DNA of 64,000 bases from Candidatus Omnitrophota bacterium (GCA_030632085.1 DAOVJY010000002.1:248319-312318), one strand, 5' to 3'; shown: positions 25,582 through 35,935, counted from the stretch's first letter. Made by a program: numbers and translations. Notes: generated by a model from the letters alone, not told the origin.

Positions 25582-26097
25582 ATGAAATCTTCAGTAGTGT
25601 ATTATTCTTATAGCGGCAACACGGATAAAGTGGCTAAGGTACTTGTTGACTGGTTAAAATGCAAAGATTTTACGGTGGATATCTATAGATTAAAACCTGA
25701 AAATGAGAAAAGAAGTTTTTTCCTTCAGTGCGCTGAAGCCCTTCAGGGAAAGAGAGCGGTTCTCTTGGGTAAAGATAATTTTGATTTAGCGGGTTATGAT
25801 TTGGTGTGTATAGGTTCGCCCGTATGGGCGTTTTCACCGACTCCCGCGGTAAATACCTACCTTGATAAAATGTTAAACGCCGATGATAAAGCCGTGATTT
25901 TATTTACAACCTATGGGAGCGGCACAGGCGTTAAAAAATGTATTAATAACATAGAAAAACGCTTAAAGAAAAAAGGTATCAGTGAAATATACAATTTTAA
26001 TATACAACAGGCAAAAGTTGACAATAGAGATTTTGTAATTAAAACAATAAAAGATAAAATAGGTTCTTTCTTGTTTAAGCTGTCCGAAAGAACTTAA
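25582..26097 (+). CDS. Flavodoxin family protein
   Basis: YYSYSGNT, IGSPVW, FTTYGSG. Confidence 0.88.
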   Translation: MKSSVVYYSYSGNTDKVAKVLVDWLKCKDFTVDIYRLKPENEKRSFFLQCAEALQGKRAVLLGKDNFDLAGYDLVCIGSPVWAFSPTPAVNTYLDKMLNADDKAVILFTTYGSGTGVKKCINNIEKRLKKKGISEIYNFNIQQAKVDNRDFVIKTIKDKIGSFLFKLSERT

Positions 26098-26166
26098 ATT
26101 AGGGAAAGTGTGGAGTAAGGAGGGCTGAACCCTCTTATTTAACCGGAAGACAAAAGGATTGATGAT

Positions 26167-26418
26167 ATGATAGAACTGATAATCGGATTATGCGCGGGAA
26201 CTCTCTGTACTATTTCATTTATTCCGCAGATAATAAAAATATGCAGGCAGAAGCATGCCCGTGATTTATCTCTGGCGACATTCTGCATACTTACCGGAGG
26301 GATATTATTATGGTTGGTTTATGGATTTATAATTGGTTCTATACCAATAATTGTTACTAATACGATTATGGCTTTATTGTCTCTTATGATCGTTACTTTA
26401 AAACTTAAGTATAAATAG
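26167..26418 (+). CDS. SemiSWEET transporter
   Basis: FIPQ PQ-loop, ARDLS, LWLVYG; 3 TM. Confidence 0.9.
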   Translation: MIELIIGLCAGTLCTISFIPQIIKICRQKHARDLSLATFCILTGGILLWLVYGFIIGSIPIIVTNTIMALLSLMIVTLKLKYK

Positions 26419-26426
26419 TTGTCGCG

Positions 26427-26843
26427 ATGGTTGATATTAATAGGTCTAAAAAAGAATTATTAAAACGGAAAATGGATGACTTGGGGGTTTTTGAAAAAGA
26501 CCTCGAAGAGAAGTTTATCCGTTCCGGGGGAAAAGGCGGGCAAAACGTCAACAAGACCTCGACTTGTGTGTATTTGAAACATAAACCCAGCGGCCTTGAA
26601 GTGAAATGCCAGCGAGAGCGTTCGCAGGTATTGAACAGATTTTTAGCCAGAAGAATTTTAGTAAATAAAATAGAAACACTTATTCTTGGAAAACTTTCCG
26701 AAGAAAAGAAAAAAATAGAAAAAATAAGAAGACAAAAGCGCAAACGTTCAAAACGGGCTAAAGATAAAATGCTGGAAGAGAAAGCAAAAAGAGGCCAAAA
26801 GAAAAAGGAGCGCTCGTACCGGCCTGAGTTGGAAGATGAATAA
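26427..26843 (+). CDS. Peptide chain release factor-like protein (ArfB/YaeJ-like)
   Basis: GGKGGQNVNK, QRERSQ, basic C-terminal tail. Confidence 0.88.
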   Translation: MVDINRSKKELLKRKMDDLGVFEKDLEEKFIRSGGKGGQNVNKTSTCVYLKHKPSGLEVKCQRERSQVLNRFLARRILVNKIETLILGKLSEEKKKIEKIRRQKRKRSKRAKDKMLEEKAKRGQKKKERSYRPELEDE

Positions 26844-26899
26844 ATCATTTAATTGCGAAATTTGAAAGATTTGGAACGAGATGCTAACGAGAAAATTTT

Positions 26900-26920
26900 A
26901 ATTAGGATGTGTCCCTAATT
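26900..26920 (+). repeat. Solitary junction-type repeat
   Basis: AATTAGGATGTGTCCCTAATT, similar to 14835-14854. Confidence 0.5.
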
Positions 26921-26976
26921 ATTTAATTGCGGATGTGAATAAAGTATGCTATAATTCAACGAAAAGGAGTAAAAGC

Positions 26977-27294
26977 ATGGAAAAAGAAGATTTTAAAAAG
27001 AAAATTGATAAGATGTGGAAAGCCAGCAAAAAAGATATGGAAAAAGTGATAAAAAACGCTGAGATATTAGCTAAAAAGGGCGAAATTTATCTGAAAGATA
27101 AATCCGCGGAAGGCAAAGTGCAGCTTGAAATAGCGTCTTTGTCGCTGCAAAGAGAAAAACTATATTATGATCTGGGTAAAACATTAGCTAAAACGGTTAA
27201 GACTAAGTGGAGTACCGATAAAAAGGTGCTTCTGATTACAAACAAGATTAAGATTATCAACCTAAAAATTGTGAATAAGAAAAAGAAGAAGTAA
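26977..27294 (+). CDS. Hypothetical basic coiled-coil protein
   Basis: RBS AAGGAG before ATG 26977; followed by a terminator. Confidence 0.65.
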   Translation: MEKEDFKKKIDKMWKASKKDMEKVIKNAEILAKKGEIYLKDKSAEGKVQLEIASLSLQREKLYYDLGKTLAKTVKTKWSTDKKVLLITNKIKIINLKIVNKKKKK

Positions 27295-27318
27295 ATTAAA
27301 AAAAGTTAATAAAATATT

Positions 27319-27353
27319 AAAAGGTGACGGACTTACATCTGTCACCTTTTTTT
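27319..27353 (+). terminator. Rho-independent terminator
   Basis: AAAAGGTGACGGA/TCTGTCACCTTTT stem plus T-tract. Confidence 0.75.
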
Positions 27354-27569
27354 AATATTTATAGCCTCTGCGTTTTTTATTAGTGCATATCAATTCATTT
27401 GCATTTTATGCTGTTTTCTGGTAGAACTATATATATGTCCTAGAGTTATATAATCCGGGAAAAAAGAAGATAAGTAAAGCTGGTTTCTTGATTTGTGAGG
27501 CATTGAATTATCTTATTTTTTAAGTAAAATGAAAATAGAAACAAAGTGATGCGCGCGGGAGAGTAATCT

Positions 27570-29141
27570 TTGAGTAATTTGAAAGATTTAATTATTTACG
27601 TATTAATTTTTTTAGGAGCATTTCTTGTTTGGTTTAATGTGTCACTTTGGGTTAAAGGGGACGCTAAGAGAAAAAGGATAAAATTTCCCGCTTTATGTTT
27701 TCTTTTTGTTTTCATTTTTAACCTGCCGGCTTTAATTATCTATCTTTTTATCCGCAAAAAGAGAAGGCCGTTCAGGTGCACTCATTGCGGTTATGATTTA
27801 GATGATGTTATAACTCAAACCAATTTCTTCGTATGCCCCAAATGTAATCATCTTATTCAATCCGATATAGCTCACCAAATATTCTATGATAAAATTAAAC
27901 ATTTTAAAGGCGAGCAGATAAAAGTTTTTGATTATGAAGGTTTGCCTTTAGATGATGTGGCTAAGAAGGCTTCTAAAAGTAAAATATGGACTATACTCAA
28001 ATTTTATCTTGAAGCCGGCATAAAACAAAGAGCTTCAGATATTCATTTTGACCCTAATAAAGCAAAAGTACGCATTAGGCAACGTGTTGATGGAGTGCTT
28101 TATGATATTATTTCACCTCCCAGGGAGCTGGGGGTAAAATTAACTTCGATTATTAAAATTTTAGCGGGCTTAGATATTGCCAAGAAGAAGGAAGCTCAAA
28201 GCGGCCGTTTCGAGGTTTGGTTGGATGATAATAAATATGATTTAAGAGTTTCAACTTCATATTCAATTATGGGAGAGAAGATTACCATCAGGCTTTTAAA
28301 TAGGGCCATGACCATGCTTAATCTGGAGGGCTTGGGGTTGTATGAGGAAGACCTTTTGAAGTTATCGGAAATTGTAGAGCGCCCGCATGGTATGATATTG
28401 ATTTGTGGCCCCACCGGCTCCGGTAAAACCACAACTCTTTATAGCATTATTAAGAGATTAAATCCCCAAAGCCGTAATATTATGACCATTGAAGACCCGG
28501 TTGAATATGAGTTGGCTCAGATAAGTCAGCAGCAGGTTAATACCAGGGCCGGCATAAGTTTTGCCGCGGGACTGCGTTCGATGTTGAGGCAGGATCCGGA
28601 TGTTATTATGATCGGTGAAATAAGAGATGCCGAAACCGCTCAAATTGCTCATCAAGCTTCAGATACGGGGCATCTGGTTTTAAGTACAATGCATGCCATT
28701 GATACAGCCGGCACAATAACCCGGCTTAAAGATTTTGGTATTAGTACGCATTATTTATCTAATTCGCTTTTAGCTGTAATATCACAGAGATTAATGAGGG
28801 TTTTGTGTGAAGATTGCAAGGAGAAGATAGAATATCAGGAAGCTGTTCCAGCAAATGTTATTAGGAATGTGTATAAATCTAAAGGTTGTCAAAAATGTAA
28901 TTATACAGGTTTTAAAGGTAGAACTGCCGTTTTCGAAATTCTTTATGCTACTAAAGAAGTGAGAGAACGTATATATAATGATGCCTCACCGGATGAGTTA
29001 AGGGATAATTATAAAAAATGGGGTATAAAAACATTAAAAGAGCAGGCTTTGAGAAAAGTTCAGGAAGGTAAGACAACGTTGCAGGAAGTTAAGACGATTG
29101 TACCTTTGGATATAATCCAAAAACAAGATGTCGGAAATTAA
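27570..29141 (+). CDS. GspE/PilB-family ATPase with N-terminal TM helices and zinc ribbon
   Basis: ASDIHFDP, GPTGSGKTTT, TIEDPVEY, LRQDPDVIMIGEIRD, GHLVLSTMH, CEDC/CQKC; N-terminal 2 TM and CTHC..CPKC. Confidence 0.9.
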   Translation: MSNLKDLIIYVLIFLGAFLVWFNVSLWVKGDAKRKRIKFPALCFLFVFIFNLPALIIYLFIRKKRRPFRCTHCGYDLDDVITQTNFFVCPKCNHLIQSDIAHQIFYDKIKHFKGEQIKVFDYEGLPLDDVAKKASKSKIWTILKFYLEAGIKQRASDIHFDPNKAKVRIRQRVDGVLYDIISPPRELGVKLTSIIKILAGLDIAKKKEAQSGRFEVWLDDNKYDLRVSTSYSIMGEKITIRLLNRAMTMLNLEGLGLYEEDLLKLSEIVERPHGMILICGPTGSGKTTTLYSIIKRLNPQSRNIMTIEDPVEYELAQISQQQVNTRAGISFAAGLRSMLRQDPDVIMIGEIRDAETAQIAHQASDTGHLVLSTMHAIDTAGTITRLKDFGISTHYLSNSLLAVISQRLMRVLCEDCKEKIEYQEAVPANVIRNVYKSKGCQKCNYTGFKGRTAVFEILYATKEVRERIYNDASPDELRDNYKKWGIKTLKEQALRKVQEGKTTLQEVKTIVPLDIIQKQDVGN

Positions 29142-30264
29142 AAAAATGTCATATAGAGAACCTGCCAAATATTTATTCCTGGGGGTTATTTTTTTATCTC
29201 TTATTATGCTCTCAGGTTGTGCCGGTAGAAGAAACCTGGTAAGAGGTAAAGCCCTTTATGATTTGAAAAAGGAAGCCGTTAGCGTTAAAGGTGAAGAGTA
29301 TGTTTCTTTGAGCCTGATGTGCGGTGTTTATGGAGTTAAGTGGGATTATGACCCTGTGAGTTACAGGGTTGTTCTTAAGAAAGACGGCCATAAGGCTATA
29401 GTTATGGCTAATTCAAATAGTTTTATATTAGACGGTCGATATTATGTTCATTTGAAGCCGGTTATTCTTTATGATGATAACATTTATGTTCCGTTCTCGA
29501 TGGTTGAAGATAAGTTTGATAGGGTTTTTAATCCTTATTACTATCAAGTACCTTCGACTAAAGTCTATTCAATCAGGACGGTGGTTATAGACCCCGGGCA
29601 TGGCGGAAAAGACCCGGGCGCAATTGGCCGTAAGGGACTTCAGGAAAAAGATGTTGCCCTGGATATAAGTAAGAAGTTAAGAAATATACTTGAAGATAAC
29701 GGTTTTAAGGTTGTGATGACCAGAGACACCGATAATTTTATCAGTCTCAGAAGAAGGGCTGATATTTCTAATAAGATTAAGGCCGACTTTTTTATAAGTG
29801 TTCACGCGAATGCCGCCAGAAATAGGTCCGCTCGCGGATTTGAGGTGTTTTATTTGTCAGACGCAATGGATGATAACGCCAGGGCTGTCGCGGCAGCTGA
29901 AAACGCTGTGTTGGAGTTAGAGGATGAGTTTGAATTAAAGCATTCAAACGCGCTTGATGCCATAGTTTGGGATTTGCTGTATGATGAATACCGCATAGAA
30001 TCAAAGGAGATGGCAGCCAGCTTATGTGAGTCAATGCAGCGTGATTCTATAGGAAAAAATAGAGGAGTCAAAAGTGCTCGTTTTTATGTCTTAAAAGGGG
30101 TTAGGTCTCCTTCTGTTTTAATTGAGGTGGGTTTTATTTCTAATAGCAGTGAGGAATCAAAGCTGCGCAGCACTTCTTTTAGAAAACAGATAGCTCAGGC
30201 ATTAGCTAAGGGTATAATTAATTATAAACAGAGATATGAAGAAACAGAGGGGTTTACTAATTAA
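29128..30264 (+). CDS. N-acetylmuramoyl-L-alanine amidase (Amidase_3), lipoprotein
   Basis: IDPGHGGKDPGA, SVHAN, LIEVGFISN; lipobox LSGC. Confidence 0.92.
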   Translation: MSEIKKMSYREPAKYLFLGVIFLSLIMLSGCAGRRNLVRGKALYDLKKEAVSVKGEEYVSLSLMCGVYGVKWDYDPVSYRVVLKKDGHKAIVMANSNSFILDGRYYVHLKPVILYDDNIYVPFSMVEDKFDRVFNPYYYQVPSTKVYSIRTVVIDPGHGGKDPGAIGRKGLQEKDVALDISKKLRNILEDNGFKVVMTRDTDNFISLRRRADISNKIKADFFISVHANAARNRSARGFEVFYLSDAMDDNARAVAAAENAVLELEDEFELKHSNALDAIVWDLLYDEYRIESKEMAASLCESMQRDSIGKNRGVKSARFYVLKGVRSPSVLIEVGFISNSSEESKLRSTSFRKQIAQALAKGIINYKQRYEETEGFTN

Positions 30265-31066
30265 TAGAAAAAACAGTTTACTTAAGCCTATTGGTATTTT
30301 TGATTCAGGTTTGGGCGGGTTAACTGTAGCAAAAGAAGTTTTTAGATTTATGCCCCATGAAAATGTAATTTATTTTGGGGATACCGCCAGAGTGCCTTAT
30401 GGAAATAAATCAAAAGAGACTATAACCAGGTTTTCTACTGAGAATGCCATTTTTTTGAAAAGTCGCGGCGTTAAATTAATTGTAGTGGCTTGTAATACAT
30501 CCTGTAGTTTGAGTTTACCGATATTAAAAAAGAGATTGAAGATGCCGATAATAGGGGTTATAAATCCCGCGGTTAAAAAGGCGGTAGAAATATCAAAAAG
30601 TGGAAGAATAGGTGTTATTGGCACCAACAGTACGATAAATAGTAAAGCTTATGATAAAAGATTAAAAATGCTTGATAGAAAGATAAAAGTTTTTAGTAAA
30701 AGCTGTCCTTTATTTGTTCCTTTAGCTGAAGAGGGCTGGCTTGATACGGATATAACCTATAGAACCGCAAAAATGTATCTTGATTATCTAAAGTTGAAAA
30801 ATATCGATACTTTAATCTTAGCTTGCACTCATTATCCGTTATTAAAAAAGATTATAAAAAAAGTTATGGGCAAGAAGGTTGAATTAATTGATTCAACCAG
30901 TGAAGTGGCTCGAGCGGTAAAGGCCACCCTCAAGCAACTAGGCAGTTTGAATGAGCAAAAGAAAAAACCCGGTTACCAATTTTACGTAAGTGATGAAGCG
31001 ACTCATTTTATTAAAGTGGGTGAAAAATTTTTAGGTAGAAAAATAAGTTGTGCTAGAAAGGTGTAA
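30236..31066 (+). CDS. murI: Glutamate racemase
   Basis: FDSGLGGLT, PYG, ACNT, LACTHYP; start uncertain. Confidence 0.95.
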   Translation: MKKQRGLLINRKNSLLKPIGIFDSGLGGLTVAKEVFRFMPHENVIYFGDTARVPYGNKSKETITRFSTENAIFLKSRGVKLIVVACNTSCSLSLPILKKRLKMPIIGVINPAVKKAVEISKSGRIGVIGTNSTINSKAYDKRLKMLDRKIKVFSKSCPLFVPLAEEGWLDTDITYRTAKMYLDYLKLKNIDTLILACTHYPLLKKIIKKVMGKKVELIDSTSEVARAVKATLKQLGSLNEQKKKPGYQFYVSDEATHFIKVGEKFLGRKISCARKV

Positions 31067-31068
31067 TT

Positions 31069-31440
31069 ATGTATAGTGTTTCTGTTTTAAAAAATTTCAG
31101 TTCAGCGCATTTTTTACGCGGTTATAAAGGTAAATGTGAGAATTTACACGGTCATAACTGGAAAGTATTACTGAGTATTCAGAGCAAGAAGTTAGATAAA
31201 ATTGGTATGGTGCTGGACTTTAAAGGGTTAAAAATGATTCTTAATGAAGTGATAAGCGATTTGGACCATTGTTGTTTAAATGATCATATTTTTTTTAAGA
31301 AGGTTAATCCTACATCGGAAAATATCGCGGCTTATATATATAAGAAAGTGAAAAAAAAGATAAAGTTAAAAAATATTAGCGGAATTGAAGTTTCTGTTTG
31401 GGAGACAGACACATCACGTGCTACATATAAAGGTAAATGA
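31069..31440 (+). CDS. queD: 6-carboxytetrahydropterin synthase
   Basis: FSSAH, CENLHGHNW, PTSEN, WET. Confidence 0.95.
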   Translation: MYSVSVLKNFSSAHFLRGYKGKCENLHGHNWKVLLSIQSKKLDKIGMVLDFKGLKMILNEVISDLDHCCLNDHIFFKKVNPTSENIAAYIYKKVKKKIKLKNISGIEVSVWETDTSRATYKGK

Positions 31441-32117
31441 AAAAAGCTATTGTTTTGCTTTCAGGAGGCCTTGATTCAGCGGTAACGCTTTTTTACGCGA
31501 AAAAGCGCGGTTTTGATATTACATGCCTGACTTTTGATTATGGCCAAAGGCATCGCAGGGAAACGCAATCTGCTAAAAAGCTGACGGAGCTTGTCAAAGC
31601 CAAGCAGGTGATTTTAAAGGTAGCCTTTCCTTCAGAGAGCAGCTCGCTTACAAATACAAAAACTAATTTGCCGCAAAGGCAAAGTTTGGAAATAAAAAAA
31701 ACAGGTATTCCCAGTACATATGTACCTGCTAGAAATATTATATTTTTAAGTTACGCGCTTTTGTACGCGGAAGTTATTAAAGCCGGCAGTATTTTTATCG
31801 GTGTAAACTCTATTGATTATTCCGGGTATCCTGATTGCCGCCCCGAGTTTTTAAAGGCTTTTACTGAAATGGCCGCCTTGGGCACTAAAAGCGGGGTAAG
31901 CGGTAAAGCGGTGAAAATAGAAGCACCTTTAATGATGAGCTCGAAAGCGGAAATTGTAAAACTCGGCAAGAAATTGAATGTTCCTTTTGAACATACCTGG
32001 TCGTGTTATGAGGGGGGCAGGTATCCTTGCTGTAAGTGTGATAGCTGCAGGCTTAGAGCCGGTGGTTTTAAGGAAGCCGGGATAGGTGATCCTTTAGAGG
32101 AGAAACGCGCCGGATGA
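31437..32117 (+). CDS. queC: 7-cyano-7-deazaguanine synthase
   Basis: SGGLDS, YVPARN, YPDCR, TWSCY, CxxCxxC. Confidence 0.96.
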   Translation: MKKAIVLLSGGLDSAVTLFYAKKRGFDITCLTFDYGQRHRRETQSAKKLTELVKAKQVILKVAFPSESSSLTNTKTNLPQRQSLEIKKTGIPSTYVPARNIIFLSYALLYAEVIKAGSIFIGVNSIDYSGYPDCRPEFLKAFTEMAALGTKSGVSGKAVKIEAPLMMSSKAEIVKLGKKLNVPFEHTWSCYEGGRYPCCKCDSCRLRAGGFKEAGIGDPLEEKRAG

Positions 32118-32821
32118 AAGTAAAGGGTATCGCGGAAGTTTTTTCATCAATTCAAGGTGAAGGCCTTTATGTGGGTGAGTATCAGGTATTTGTTCGTTTT
32201 GCCGGATGCAATTTAAAATGCAGATATTGTGATACTAGAAATTTGACTTCAAAAGATATTTCAAAAAAAGAGTTAATTAAGAAAATAATTAGTTTAAATG
32301 CCGGCGGCAGATGCCATTCGATATCTATTACCGGCGGCGAGCCCTTAGTTGACACCGGTAATTTAAAGATTTTACTTGATGCTTTAAGAGAGCTTAAGTA
32401 CAAAGTATATTTAGAAACAAACGGTTCTTTGCCTTTAAACCTAAAGCGTGTGATAAAATATATTGATTATCTTTCTATGGATATTAAATTACCATCAGCT
32501 GCGGGTCTTAAGAAGCCGTTGTGGGATTCGCATTATAGTTTTTTAAAAATAGCGAATGAAAAATTAGGTAAAAATAAACGTTTGTTTGTTAAGATGGTTA
32601 TTACTAATGATTTGAAAATAGCTGAATTTAAAAAAGCGATTACTATTATTAAAAAAGTAAACCGTAAGATACCGTTAATAATACAACCGGTAACACCCGT
32701 AAATAAAATCAAAAGGCGGGTTAAAGGTGAGGATGTAGTTAAACTTTTAAAAACAGCTAAACTTAGCTTAGAACACGTTTTGGTGATACCGCAAATACAT
32801 AAAATTTTGGGAGTAAAATAA
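32114..32821 (+). CDS. queE: 7-carboxy-7-deazaguanine synthase (radical SAM)
   Basis: SIQGEG, CNLKCRYCDT, TGGEP, ETNG, PQIHK. Confidence 0.95.
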   Translation: MKVKGIAEVFSSIQGEGLYVGEYQVFVRFAGCNLKCRYCDTRNLTSKDISKKELIKKIISLNAGGRCHSISITGGEPLVDTGNLKILLDALRELKYKVYLETNGSLPLNLKRVIKYIDYLSMDIKLPSAAGLKKPLWDSHYSFLKIANEKLGKNKRLFVKMVITNDLKIAEFKKAITIIKKVNRKIPLIIQPVTPVNKIKRRVKGEDVVKLLKTAKLSLEHVLVIPQIHKILGVK

Positions 32822-33234
32822 TGAAGACAAAGAAATCAAGTTACGAGAATTTACAGGGACATGTAAAGAAGCTGAAAACACCACTCTTGGAGGTTTGGGA
32901 AAATCAATATCCCGATAGAAGTTACCTTATTCATATAGGTACTGATGAGTTTACCTGTATTTGTCCGAAAACCGGCTTACCTGATTTTGCCCATATAAGC
33001 ATTGAGTACGAACCTGATAAATATTGTATTGAATTAAAGTCATTCAAGGAGTACCTTACTTTTTACCGAAATGTCGGCATTTTTCATGAGCATGTAATTA
33101 ACAGGATTTTAGATGATTTTATAAAAGTTTGCGAACCGCGTTATGCTAAGATAATAGGTGAATTTAATATCAGGGGCGGCATTACGACTGTTGTTACCAG
33201 AGAGTATCAAAGCGGGGGATATAAGAAAAAATGA
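32821..33234 (+). CDS. queF: preQ1 synthase (type I)
   Basis: EFTCICPKTGLPDFA, ELKSFK, HE, RGGI. Confidence 0.95.
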   Translation: MKTKKSSYENLQGHVKKLKTPLLEVWENQYPDRSYLIHIGTDEFTCICPKTGLPDFAHISIEYEPDKYCIELKSFKEYLTFYRNVGIFHEHVINRILDDFIKVCEPRYAKIIGEFNIRGGITTVVTREYQSGGYKKK

Positions 33235-34070
33235 GAATTATAAGCGCTTGCGAGATTCAAAAAAATGTAAGCAACTTATTTTTAAAGGCGGGTACTGTAA
33301 TCAGGCCTGATATTGAAAAGGCTATTAAGAAAGTTATGAAAAGCGAAAAAAATAAACTTGCCAAAGAGATGCTGCGGCTTATTATTGAAAATGCTCAAAT
33401 AGCTAAACGCGAAAAACTTCCTTTATGCCAGGATACCGGACTGCCCATAGTTTTTGTTGAAGTTGGAGAAGAAGTATTTGTTAGGGGGTCTCTAAAAAAG
33501 GCACTAATGAAGGGCGCTGAGGAAGCGTATAAGAAATACGCTTTTAGGCGTTCAGTAGTCGTTGACCCTATTTTAAGAAAACCTCCTTTTAAAAGCGGCC
33601 CGGCACTTACGCATATTGAAACCATAAAGGGAAATAAGTTGAAATTAACTGTTATGGCAAAGGGTTTTGGGAGCGAAAATAAGACTAAGCTTGGAATGAT
33701 GAATCCAACCGCGGATATTAGTGAGATTGAAGATTTTATTGTATCTTGTATTGAGGAAGCAGGGCCCGATGCCTGTCCGCCTTATATCGTAGGTGTGGGC
33801 GTAGGCGGAGTAGCGGAGACTGCTAATCTGCTTGCCAAGAAAGCCCTTTTATTACCGATAGGAAGTAAAAATAAGAAAAAGCATTTGGCTTTAATGGAGA
33901 AAAGACTCTTGAAGAAAATTAACGGCCTTAAGATAGGTGTTATGGGTTTGGGCGGTGAGGCAACCTGCTTGCAGGTTAAGATTTTAAGTAGTCCAACTCA
34001 TATAGCCGGTTTGCCTGTGGCTGTAAATATAGGCTGTCACGCGACCAGAAGTGCCGGCTGTACAATTTAA
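33231..34070 (+). CDS. Class I fumarate hydratase, alpha subunit
   Basis: CQDTG, KGFGSEN, ACPP, HIAGLPV, CHATR. Confidence 0.92.
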   Translation: MRIISACEIQKNVSNLFLKAGTVIRPDIEKAIKKVMKSEKNKLAKEMLRLIIENAQIAKREKLPLCQDTGLPIVFVEVGEEVFVRGSLKKALMKGAEEAYKKYAFRRSVVVDPILRKPPFKSGPALTHIETIKGNKLKLTVMAKGFGSENKTKLGMMNPTADISEIEDFIVSCIEEAGPDACPPYIVGVGVGGVAETANLLAKKALLLPIGSKNKKKHLALMEKRLLKKINGLKIGVMGLGGEATCLQVKILSSPTHIAGLPVAVNIGCHATRSAGCTI

Positions 34071-34072
34071 TT

Positions 34073-34633
34073 ATGAAATATATAGTGGATACTAATAATC
34101 TCAATGCTGAATTGATTAAAAAGCTTAAAGTTGGGGATATGCTTTATCTTAACGGTAAAGTCTATACGGCCCGGGATCAAGTCCATCTCAAATTGTATAA
34201 AGCGATAAAATCTAAAAAGAAGTTGCCGATAAATTTAAAAAATAAAGTAGTATATTATACGGGCCCAACTCCGAAAAAGAAAAAAATGGCTATTGGTTCT
34301 TGCGGGCCTACAACCTCATCAAGGATGGATTTGTATACTCCGGCATTAATTGAAACGGGCTTAAAGATGCTTATCGGAAAAGGCAGAAGGAGCAAAGAAG
34401 TCATTGAGTCTTTGAAAAAGAGAAAAGGTGTTTATTTAATCGCGCCGGCCGGCTGTGGGGCATACTTGTCTACTAAGGTAGTAAAAGCCAAACCGGTGGC
34501 TTATAAAGAACTGGGAGCTGAGGCGATATTTAAATTGGAAGTTGAGAATTTTCCGGTAATTGTCTGCATAGACTCTAGGGGGAATTATCTTTATAAGCGG
34601 AAAGGGAGCGCAAATGTCAAGAGAAGGACTTAG
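34073..34633 (+). CDS. Class I fumarate hydratase, beta subunit
   Basis: TARD, GPTTSSRM, IGKG, LGAEA. Confidence 0.92.
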   Translation: MKYIVDTNNLNAELIKKLKVGDMLYLNGKVYTARDQVHLKLYKAIKSKKKLPINLKNKVVYYTGPTPKKKKMAIGSCGPTTSSRMDLYTPALIETGLKMLIGKGRRSKEVIESLKKRKGVYLIAPAGCGAYLSTKVVKAKPVAYKELGAEAIFKLEVENFPVIVCIDSRGNYLYKRKGSANVKRRT

Positions 34634-35333
34634 GGGATACGACAAATTAAGAAAAGTAAAAGTAAAAACTAACTATATTAAATATGCTGAGGGTTCTTGT
34701 TTGATTGAGCAGGGTAATACCAAGATTATTTGTACGGCTTCAATTGAAGAGACTGTTCCGTTTTTTTTAAGAGATTGCGGTTCCGGCTGGGTGACCGCGG
34801 AATATAATATGCTTCCGCGTTCATGCACAAGCAGAGTCAAACGAGAAGGTAGAAGGGGCGGCATTTCGGGGAGGACACAGGAAATCCAAAGGCTTATCGG
34901 GCGAACATTGCGGGGAGTAGTTAACTTAAAGGCCTTGGGCGAGAGAACAATTATTTTAGATGCTGATGTTATTCAGGCGGATGGCGGTACCAGATGCGCG
35001 AGTATTACCGGTAGTTTTATCGCTTTGATTGAAGCTTTAAAATATTTAAAAAAAGAAAAAGCCTTTAATAAGCTGCCCGTTAGTCAGTATGTAGCTGCCG
35101 TGAGTGTGGGAATAGTTAAGGGTAAAAATATGTTAGATTTAGCTTATGAGGAAGATTCAAAAGCTGACGTAGATATGAATGTGGCCATGACTTCCAGCGG
35201 GCAACTAATTGAAGTTCAGGCTACAGCTGAAGGAGCTCCGTTTACAGTAGAGAAAATGAACGCGTTAATTAAATTAGCTCACAAGGGTATAAATGAGCTA
35301 ATTGAGATCCAAAAGGATATTTTAAAAATATAA
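34614..35333 (+). CDS. rph: Ribonuclease PH
   Basis: GWVTAEYNMLP, EIQRLIGR, ADGGTR, DSKADVDMN. Confidence 0.96.
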   Translation: MSREGLRGYDKLRKVKVKTNYIKYAEGSCLIEQGNTKIICTASIEETVPFFLRDCGSGWVTAEYNMLPRSCTSRVKREGRRGGISGRTQEIQRLIGRTLRGVVNLKALGERTIILDADVIQADGGTRCASITGSFIALIEALKYLKKEKAFNKLPVSQYVAAVSVGIVKGKNMLDLAYEEDSKADVDMNVAMTSSGQLIEVQATAEGAPFTVEKMNALIKLAHKGINELIEIQKDILKI

Positions 35334-35935
35334 TGTCAAAAAAAATTCTTGTTGCTACAAAAAATAAACATAAACTTATAGAAATAACTAAATTGCTTAA
35401 AGGATTAGATATCACTTTTAAATGTCTTGCTGATTATCCTGAAGCGCCCGAAGTTATTGAAGATAAAGAAACTTTTATTGAAAACGCGGCAAAAAAGGCG
35501 ATTGAATATTCAAAGTTTTCAGGACTACCCGCCTTAGCTGATGATTCCGGTTTGGAGGTAGATGTATTAGATGCTGAACCGGGAGTACATTCTGCCAGAT
35601 ATGCCGGGGAAGAGCAGGATGATGATAAGAATATTGCTAAATTATTAGATGCTTTGAGCGATGTGCCACAGGAGAAAAGAACAGCTCGCTTTAAGTGTTT
35701 GGTTGTCTTGGCTCAAGCTGATAATGTTTTGGTTACGGCAGAAGGAACCTGCGAAGGAACAATTACATTTAAACCCGCGGGGGAGTATGGTTTTGGATAT
35801 GATCCCATATTTATTCCAAAAGGATACGATAAAACTTTCGCGGAGCTGGGATCTGAAATAAAAGATACGATCAGCCATCGAGCTATAGCTTTTAATAAAA
35901 TGGCTGAAATTATGACGAAGAAGAGTTTTCTTTAA
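35333..35935 (+). CDS. rdgB: dITP/XTP pyrophosphatase
   Basis: ATKNKHK, ADDSGL, PGVHSARY, FGYDPIF, SHR. Confidence 0.95.
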   Translation: MSKKILVATKNKHKLIEITKLLKGLDITFKCLADYPEAPEVIEDKETFIENAAKKAIEYSKFSGLPALADDSGLEVDVLDAEPGVHSARYAGEEQDDDKNIAKLLDALSDVPQEKRTARFKCLVVLAQADNVLVTAEGTCEGTITFKPAGEYGFGYDPIFIPKGYDKTFAELGSEIKDTISHRAIAFNKMAEIMTKKSFL

